Source of the DNA: Eledone cirrhosa
Taxonomy: Eukaryota
Direction: 5' to 3'
NCBI GenBank assembly: GCA_964016885.1
Contig: OZ024748.1
Location: 40,362,001 to 40,426,000, forward strand
Length of the DNA stretch: 64,000 nt
Below the pieces are notes generated by a model that worked only from the letters and a program-made list of their open reading frames with translations, did not search any database and was not told the origin of the DNA. Position numbers and translations under genes: made by a program. Of the stretch, positions 49,911-61,915 are shown piece after piece (position 1 is the stretch's first letter; each line of letters opens with the position of its first letter).

Positions 49911-52900
49911 ATAGACCATACATATAGATCTTGTATAGACCATACATATAGATCTTGTATAGACCACACATATAGATATTGTATAGACCATACATATAGA
50001 TCTTGTATATAGACCATACATATAGATCTTGTATAGACCACACATATAGATATTGTATAGACCATACATATAGATCTTGTATAGACCACACATATAGATA
50101 TTGTATAGACCACACATATAGATCTTGTATAGACCATACATATAGATCTTGTATAGACCATACATATAGATATTGTATATAGACCATACATATAGATCTT
50201 GTATAGACCTTAGATATAGATCTTGTATATAGACCATACATATAGATATTGTATAGACCATACATATAGATATTGTGTATAGACCATACATATAGATCTT
50301 GTGTATAGACTATACATATAGATCTTGTGTATAGATAATACATATAGATCTTGTATAGACCACACATATAGATCTTGTGTATAGACCATACATATAGATC
50401 TTGTGTATAGACCATACATATAGATCTTGTGTATAGACCATACATATAGATCTTGTATATAGACCATACATATAGATTTTGTATAGACCACACATATAGA
50501 TTTAGTATATAGACCATACATATATATCTTGTATAGACCATACATATAGATATTGTATAGACCACACATATAGATCTTGTATATAGACCATACATATAGA
50601 TCTTGTATAGACCATACATATAGATCTTGTATAGACCATACATATAGATCTTGTATAGACCACACATATAGATCTTGTATAGACCATACATATAGATCTT
50701 GTGTATAGACCATACATATAGATCTTGTATAGACGTCACATATAGATCTTGTATATAGACCATACATATAGATCTTGTATAGACCATACATATAGATCTT
50801 GTGTATAGACCATACATATAGATCTTGTATAGACCATACATATAGATCTTGTATATAGACCATACATATAGATCTTGTATAGACCATACATATAGATCTT
50901 GTGTATAGACCATACATATAGAATTTGTGTATAGACCATACATATAGATATTGTATATAGACCACAGATATAGATATTGTGTATTGACCATACATATACA
51001 TCTTGTATAGACCATACATATAGATCTTGTATAGACCATACATATAGATCTTGTATATAGACCATACATATAGATCTTGTATAGACTATACATATAGATC
51101 TTGTATATAGACCATACATATAGATCTTGTATAGACCATACATATAGATCTTGTATAGACCATACATATAGATCTTGTATAGACCATACATATAGTTCTT
51201 GTATAGACCATACATATAGATCTTGTATATAGACCATACATATAGATCTTGTATAGACCATACCTATAGATCTTGTATAGACCATACATATAGATCTTGT
51301 ATAGACCATACATATAGATCTTGTATAGACCATACATATAGATCTTGTATAGACCACACATATAGATATTGTATAGACCATACATATAGATCTTGTATAG
51401 ACCACACATATAGATATTGTATAGACCACACATATAGATCTTGTATAGACCATACATATAGATCTTGTATAGACCATACATATAGAGCTTGTATAGACCA
51501 CACATATAGATATTGTATAGACCATACATATAGATCTTGTATATAGACCATACATATAGATCTTGTATAGACCACACATATAGATATTGTATAGACCATA
51601 CATATAGATCTTGTATAGACCACACATATAGATATTGTATAGACCACACATATAGATCTTGTATAGACCATACATATAGATCTTGTATAGACCATACATA
51701 TAGATATTGTATATAGACCATACATATAGATCTTGTATAGACCTTAGATATAGATCTTGTATATAGACCATACATATAGATATTGTATAGACCATACATA
51801 TAGATATTGTGTATAGACCATACATATAGATCTTGTGTATAGACTATACATATAGATCTTGTGTATAGATAATACATATAGATCTTGTATAGACCACACA
51901 TATAGATCTTGTGTATAGACCATACATATAGATCTTGTGTATAGACCATACATATAGATCTTGTGTATAGACCATACATATAGATCTTGTATATAGACCA
52001 TACATATAGATTTTGTATAGACCACACATATAGATTTAGTATATAGACCATACATATATATCTTGTATAGACCATACATATAGATATTGTATAGACCACA
52101 CATATAGATCTTTTATATAGACCATACATATAGATCTTGTATAGACCATACATATAGATCTTGTATAGACCATACATATAGATCTTGTATAGACCACACA
52201 TATAGATCTTGTATAGACCATACATATAGATCTTGTGTATAGACCATACATATAGATCTTGTATAGACGTCACATATAGATCTTGTATATAGACCATACA
52301 TATAGATCTTGTATAGACCATACATATAGATCTTGTGTATAGACCATACATATAGATCTTGTATAGACCATACATATAGATCTTGTATATAGACCATACA
52401 TATAGATCTTGTATAGACCATACATATAGATCTTGTGTATAGACCATACATATAGAATTCGTGTATAGACCATACATATAGATATTGTATATAGACCATA
52501 CATATAGATCTTGTATAGACTATACATATAGATCTTGTATATAGACCATACATATAGATCTTGTATAGACCATACATATAGATCTTGTGTATAGACCATA
52601 CATATAGATCTTGTATAGACCATACATATAGATCTTGTATAGACCATACATATAGATCTTGTATAGACCACACATATAGATCTTGTATATAGACCACACA
52701 TATAGATCTTGTATAGACCATACATATAGATCTTGTGTATAGACCATACATATAGATCTTGTATATAGACCACACATATAGATCTTGTGTATAGACCATA
52801 CATATAGATCTTGTATAGACCATACATATAGATCTTGTATAAACCATACATATAGATCTTGTATAGACCATACATATAGATCTTGTATAGACCACACATA

Positions 52901-55820
52901 TAGATATTGTATAGACCACACATATAGATCTTGTATATAGACCATACATATAGATCTTGTATAGACCATACATATAGATCTTGTATAGACCATACATAAT
53001 GATCTTGTATAGACCACACATATAGATCTTGTATAGACCATACATATAGATCTTGTGTATAGACCATACATATAGACCTTGTATAGACGTCACATATAGA
53101 TCTTGTATATAGACCATACATATAGATCTTGTATAGACCATACATATAGATCTTGTGTATAGACGATACATATAGATCTTGTATAGACCATACATATAGA
53201 TCTTGTATATAGACCATACATATAGATCTTGTATAGACCATACATATAGATCTTGTGTATAGACCATACATATAGAATTTGTGTATAGACCATACATATA
53301 GATATTGTATATAGACCACAGATATAGATATTGTGTATTGACCATACATATACATCTTGTATAGACCATACATATAGATCTTGTATAGACCATACATATA
53401 GATCTTGTATATAGACCATGCATATAGATCTTGTATAGACTATACATATAGATCTTGTATATAGACCATACATATAGATCTTGTATAGACCATACATATA
53501 GATCTTGTATAGACCATACATATAGATCTTGTATAGACCATACATATAGTTCTTGTATAGACCATACATATAGATCTTGTATATAGACCATACATATAGA
53601 TCTTGTATAGACCATACCTATAGATCTTGTATAGACCATACATATAGATCTTGTATAGACCATACATATAGATCTTGTATAGACCATACATATAGATCTT
53701 GTATAGACCACACATATAGATATTGTATAGACCATACATATAGATCTTGTATAGACCACACATATAGATATTGTATAGACCACACATATAGATCTTGTAT
53801 AGACCATACATATAGATCTTGTATAGACCATACATATAGATCTTGTATAGACCACACATATAGATATTGTATAGACCATACATATAGATCTTGTATATAG
53901 ACCATACATATAGATCTTGTATAGACCACACATATAGATATTGTATAGACCATACATATAGATCTTGTATAGACCACACATATAGATATTGTATAGACCA
54001 CACATATAGATCTTGTATAGACCATACATATAGATCTTGTATAGACCATACATATAGATATTGTATATAGACCATACATATAGATCTTGTATAGACCTTA
54101 GATATAGATCTTGTATATAGACCATACATATAGATATTGTATAGACCATACATATAGATATTGTGTATAGACCATACATATAGATCTTGTGTATAGACTA
54201 TACATATAGATCTTGTGTATAGATAATACATATAGATCTTGTATAGACCACACATATAGATCTTGTGTATAGACCATACATATAGATCTTGTGTATAGAC
54301 CATACATATAGATCTTGTGTATAGACCATACATATAGATCTTGTATATAGACCATACATATAGATTTTGTATAGACCACACATATAGATTTAGTATATAG
54401 ACCATACATATATATCTTGTATAGACCATACATATAGATATTGTATAGACCACACATATAGATCTTGTATATAGACCATACATATAGATCTTGTATAGAC
54501 CATACATATAGATCTTGTATAGACCATACATATAGATCTTGTATAGACCACACATATAGATCTTGTATAGACCATACATATAGATCTTGTGTATAGACCA
54601 TACATATAGATCTTGTATAGACGTCACATATAGATCTTGTATATAGACCATACATATAGATCTTGTATAGACCATACATATAGATCTTGTGTATAGACCA
54701 TACATATAGATCTTGTATAGACCATACATATAGATCTTGTATATAGACCATACATATAGATCTTGTATAGACCATACATATAGATCTTGTGTATAGACCA
54801 TACATATAGAATTTGTGTATAGACCATACATATAGATATTGTATATAGACCACAGATATAGATATTGTGTATTGACCATACATATACATCTTGTATAGAC
54901 CATACATATAGATCTTGTATAGACCATACATATAGATCTTGTATATAGACCATACATATAGATCTTGTATAGACTATACATATAGATCTTGTATATAGAC
55001 CATACATATAGATCTTGTATAGACCATACATATAGATCTTGTATAGACCATACATATAGATCTTGTATAGACCATACATATAGTTCTTGTATAGACCATA
55101 CATATAGATCTTGTATATAGACCATACATATAGATCTTGTATAGACCATACCTATAGATCTTGTATAGACCATACATATAGATCTTGTATAGACCATACA
55201 TATAGATCTTGTATAGACCATACATATAGATCTTGTATAGACCACACATATAGATATTGTATAGACCATACATATAGATCTTGTATAGACCACACATATA
55301 GATATTGTATAGACCACACATATAGATCTTGTATAGACCATACATATAGATCTTGTATAGACCATACATATAGATCTTGTATAGACCACACATATAGATA
55401 TTGTATAGACCATACATATAGATCTTGTATATAGACCATACATATAGATCTTGTATAGACCACACATATAGATATTGTATAGACCATACATATAGATCTT
55501 GTATAGACCACACATATAGATATTGTATAGACCACACATATAGATCTTGTATAGACCATACATATAGATCTTGTATAGACCATACATATAGATATTGTAT
55601 ATAGACCATACATATAGATCTTGTATAGACCTTAGATATAGATCTTGTATATAGACCATACATATAGATATTGTATATACCATACATATAGATATTGTGT
55701 ATAGACCATACATATAGATCTTGTGTATAGACTATACATATAGATCTTGTGTATAGATAATACATATAGATCTTGTATAGACCACACATATAGATCTTGT
55801 GTATAGACCATACATATAGA
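48930..55820. repeat. 1534-bp higher-order repeat (about 4 copies) interrupted by an 820-bp offset, giving a 3888-bp super-period
   Basis: gacgtc at 49198, 50732, 52266, 53086 and 54620 gives spacings of 1534, 1534, 820 and 1534. The marker gaccttagat occurs four times (about 50.2, 51.7, 54.1 and 55.6 kb). The 757-aa ORFs at 49552 and 53440 are 3888 bp apart. Confidence 0.9.
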
Positions 55821-57014
55821 TCTTGTGTATAGACCACACATATAGATCTTGTGTATAGACCACACATATAGATCTTGTATATAGACAATACATATAGATC
55901 TTGTATAGACCATACATATAGATCTTGTGTATAGACCATACATATAGATCTTGTATAGACCATACATATAGATCTTGTATAGACCATACATATAGATCTT
56001 GTATAGACCACACATATAGATCTTGTATATAGACCACACATATAGATCTTGTATAGACCATACATATAGATCTTGTGTATAGACCATACATATAGATCTT
56101 GTATATAGACCACACATATAGATCTTGTGTATAGACCATACATATAGATCTTGTATAGACCATACATATAGATCTTGTATAAACCATACATATAGATCTT
56201 GTATAGACCATACATATAGATCTTGTATAGACCACACATATAGATATTGTATAGACCACACATATAGATCTTGTGTATAGACCACACATATAGATCTTGT
56301 GTATAGACCATACATATAGATCTTGTATATAGACCATAGATATAGATCTTGTATAGACCATACATATAGATATTGTATAGACCATACATATAGATCTTGT
56401 ATATAGACCATACATATAGATCTTGTATAGAGCACACATATAGATATTGTGTAGACCACACATATAGATATTGTATAGACCATACATATAGATCTTGTAT
56501 ATAGACCACACATATAGATATTGTATAGACCATACATATAGATCTTGTATAGACCATACATATAGATCTTGTATATAGACCACACATATAGATCTTGTAT
56601 AGACCATACATATAGATCTTGTATAGACCATACATATAGATCTTGTATAGACAATACAAATAGATCTTATATAGACCACACATATAGATCTTGTATTTAG
56701 ACCACACATATAGATCTTGTATAGACCATACATATAGATCTTGTATAGACCATACATATAGATCTTGTGTATAGACCATACATATAGATATTGTGTATAG
56801 ACCACACATATAGATCTTGTATAGACCATACATATAGGTCTTGTTTATAGACCACACATATAGATCTTGTGTATAGACCATACATATAGATATTGTGTAG
56901 ACCACACATATAGATCTTGTATATAGACCACACATATAGATATTGTATATAGACCATACATATAGATCTTGTATAGACCATACATATAGATCTTGTATAG
57001 ACCATACATATAGA

Positions 57015-60000
57015 TCTTGTATAGACCATACATATAGATCTTGTATAGACCACACATATAGATCTTGTATAGACCACACATATAGATATTGTATATAGAC
57101 CATACATATAGATCTTGTATAGACCATACATATAGATCTTGTATAGACCATACATATAGATCTTGTATAGACCATACATATAGATCTTGTATAGACCACA
57201 CATATATATCTTGTATAGACCATACATATAGATCTTGTGTATAGACCATACATATAAATCTTGTATAGACCATACATATAGATTTTGTATAGACCACACA
57301 TATAGATCTTGTATAGACCATACATATAGATCTTGCGTATAGACCATACATATACATCTTGTATAGACCATACATATAGATCTTGTATAGACCATACATA
57401 TAGATCTTGTATAGACCACACATATAGATCTTGTATAGACCATACATATAGATCTTGTGTATAGACCATACATATAGATCTTGTATAGACCACACATATA
57501 GATCTTTTATATAGACCATACATATAGATCTTGTATAGACCATACATATAGATCTTGTGTATAGACCATACATATAGATCTTGTATAGACCATACATATA
57601 GATCTTGTATATAGACCATATATATAGATCTTGTATAGACCATACATATAGATCTTGTGTATAGACCATACATATAGATCTTGTATAGACCATACATATA
57701 GATATTGTATATAGACCATACATATAGATCTTGTATAGACCACACATATAGATATTGTGTAGACCACACATATAGATATTGTATAGACCATACATATAGA
57801 TCTTGTATATAGACCACACATATAGATCTTGTATAGACCATACATCTAGATCTTGTATAGACCATACATATAGATCTTGTATATAGACCACACATATAGA
57901 TCTTGTATAGACCATACATATAGATCTTGTATAGACCATACATATAGATCTTGTATAGACAATACATATAGATCTTGTATAGATCACACATATAGATCTT
58001 GTATATAGACCACACATATAGATCTTGTATAGACCATACATATAGATCTTTTATAGACCATACATATAGATCTTGTGTATAGACCATACATATAGATCTT
58101 GTGTATAGACCACACATATAGATCTTGTATAGACCATACATATAGATCTTGTATATAGACCATACATATAGATCTTGTGTAGACCATACATATAGATCTT
58201 GTAAATAGACCATACATATAGATCTTGTGTATAGACCATACATATAGATCTTGTATAGACCATACATATAGATCTTGTGTATAGACCACACATATAGATC
58301 TTGTATATCGACCATACATATAGATCTTGTATATAGACCATACATATAGATCTTGTGTAGACCATACATATAGATCTTGTAAATAGACCATACATATAGA
58401 TCTTGTATATAGACCACACATATAGATCTTGTGTATAGACCATACATATAGATATTGTGGAGACCACACATATAGATCTTGTATATAGACCACACATATA
58501 GATGTTGTATAGACCATACATATAGATCTTGTATAGACCATACATATAGATCTTGTGTATAGACCACACATATAGATCTTGTATATAGACCATACATATA
58601 GATCTTGTATATAGACCACACATATAGATCTTGTGTAGACCATACATATAGATCTTGTAAATAGACCATACATATAGATCTTGTGTATAGACCATACATA
58701 TAGATCTTGTATAGACCATACATATAGATCTTGTATAGACCACACATATAGATCTTGTATAGACCACACATATAGATATTGTATATAGACCATACGTATA
58801 GATCTTGTATAGCCCATACATATAGATCTTGTATAGACCATACATATAGATCTTGTATAGGCCACACATATAGATCTTGTATAGACCACACATATAGATC
58901 TTGTATAGACCATACATATAGATCTTGTATAGACCACACATATAGATCTTGTATATAGACCATACATATAGATCTTGTATAGACCATACATATAGATCTT
59001 GTGTATAGACCATACATATACATCTTGTATAGACCATACATATAGATCTTGTATAGACCATACATATAGATCTTGTATAGACCACACATATATATCTTGT
59101 ATAGACCATACATATAGATCTTGTGTATAGACCATACATATAGATCTTGTATAGACCATACATATAGAACTTGTATATAGACCATACATATAGATCTTGT
59201 ATAGACCACACATATAGATCTTGTATATAGACCATACATATAGATCTTGTATAGACCATACATATAGATCTTGTATAGACCACACATATAGATCCTGTAT
59301 ATAGACCATACATATAGATCTTGTACAGACCATACATATAGATCTTGTGTATAGACCATACATATAGATCTTGTATAGACCACACATATAGATCTTGTAT
59401 AGACCATACATATAGATCTTGTGTATAGACCATACATATAGATCTTGTATAGACCACACTTATAGATCTTGTATATAGACCATACATATAGATCTTGTAT
59501 AGACCATACATATAGATCTTGTGTATAGACCATACATATAGATCTTGTATAGACCATACATATAGATCTTGTATATAGACCATACATATAGATCTTGTAT
59601 AGACCATACATATAAATCTTGTGTATAGACCATACATATAGATCTTGTGTATAGACCATACATATAGATATTGTATATAGACCAGACATATAGATATTGT
59701 GTATAGACCATACATATACATCTTGTATAGACCATACATATAGATCTTGTATAGACCATACATATAGATCTTGTATATAGACCATACATATAGATCTTGT
59801 ATAGACTATACATATAGATCTTGTATATAGACCACACATATAGATCTTGTATAGACCATACATATAGATCTTGTATAGACCATACATATAGATCTTGTAT
59901 AGACCATACATATAGATCTTGTATAGACCATACATATAGATCTTGTGTATAGACCATACATATAGATCTTGTATAGACGTCACATATAGATCTTGTATAT

Positions 60001-61915
60001 AGACCATACATATAGATCTTGTATAGACCATACATATAGATCTTGTGTATAGACCATACATATAGATCTTGTATAGACCATACATATAGATCTTGTATAT
60101 AGACCATACATATAGATCTTGTATAGACCATACATATAGATCTTGTGTATAGACCATACATATAGAATTTGTGTATAGACCATACATATAGATATTGTAT
60201 ATAGACCACAGATACAGATATTGTGTATTGACCATACATATACATCTTGTATAGACCATACATATAGATCTTGTATAGACCATACATATAGATCTTGTAT
60301 ATAGACCATACATATAGATTTTGTATAGACTATACATATAGATCTTGTATATAGACCATACATATAGATCTTGTATAGACCATACATATAGATCTTGTAT
60401 AGACCATACATATAGATCTTGTATAGACCATACATATAGATCTTGTATAGACCATACATATAGATCTTGTATATAGACCATACATATAGATCTTGTATAG
60501 ACAATACCTATAGATCTTGTATATAGACCATACATATAGATCTTGTATAGACCATACATATAGATCTTGTATATAGACCATACATATAGATCTTGTATAG
60601 ACCATACATATAGATCTTGTATAGACCATACATATAGATCTTGTATATAGTCCATACATATAGATCTTGTATAGACCATACATATAGATCTTGTATAGAC
60701 CATACATATAGATCTTGTATAGACCATACATATAGATCTTGTATAGACCACACATATAGATGTTGTATATATACCATACATATAGATCTTGTATAGACCA
60801 TACATATAGATCTTGTATAGACCACACATATAGATATTGTATAGACCATACATATAGATCTTGTATATAGACCATACATATAGATCTTGTATAGACCACA
60901 CATATAGATATTGTATAGACCATACATATAGATCTTGTATAGACCACACATATAGATATTGTATAGACCACACATATAGATCTTGTATAGACCATACATA
61001 TAGATCTTGTATAGACCATACATATAGATATTGTATATAGACCATACATATAGATCTTGTATAGACCATAGATATAGATCTTGTATATAGACCATACATA
61101 TAGATATTGTATAGACCATACATATAGATATTGTGTATAGACCATACATATAAATCTTGTGTATAGACTATACATATAGATCTTGTGTATAGATAATACA
61201 TATAGATCTTGTATAGACCACACATATAGATCTTGTGTATAGACCATACATATAGATCTTGTGTATAGACCACACATATAGATCTTGTGTATAGACCACA
61301 CATATAGATCTTGTATATAGACCATACATATAGATCTTGTATAGACCATACATATAGATCTTGTGTATAGACCATACATATAGATCTTGTATAGACCATA
61401 CATATAGATCTTGTATAGACCATACATATAGATCTTGTATAGACCACACATATAGATCTTGTATATAGACCACACATATAGATCTTGTATAGACCATACA
61501 TATAGACCTTGTGTATAGACCATACATATAGATCTTGTATATAGACCAGACATATAGATATTGTGTATAGACCATACATATACATCTTGTATAGACCATA
61601 CATATAGATCTTGTATAGACCATACATATAGATCTTGTATATAGACCATACATATAGATCTTGTATAGACTATACATATAGATCTTGTATATAGACCACA
61701 CATATAGATCTTGTATAGACCATACATATAGATCTTGTATAGACCATACATATAGATCTTGTATAGACCATACATATAGATCTTGTATAGACCATACATA
61801 TAGATCTTGTGTATAGACCATACATATAGATCTTGTATAGACGTCACATATAGATCTTGTATATAGACCATACATATAGATCTTGTATAGACCATACATA
61901 TAGATCTTGTGTATA
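57015..61915. repeat. About 4.9-kb block, copy B of the long-range duplication of about 35.3-40.1 kb
   Basis: It carries the same ordered marker series (tatcgacc, catacgtat, agcccat, ggccacac, gaactt, cacactt, ccagac, gacgtc, agaatttg, acaatacct) at offset 21735/21785. Confidence 0.88.

Noticed and set aside
1-55820. Near-equal periods 3886 bp (1-7.8 kb) and 3888 bp (49-55.8 kb) as a preferred unit length
   Set aside because: The two units carry different marker sets, and 3888 is just 1534+1534+820. With many observed offsets, one near-coincidence is unremarkable.
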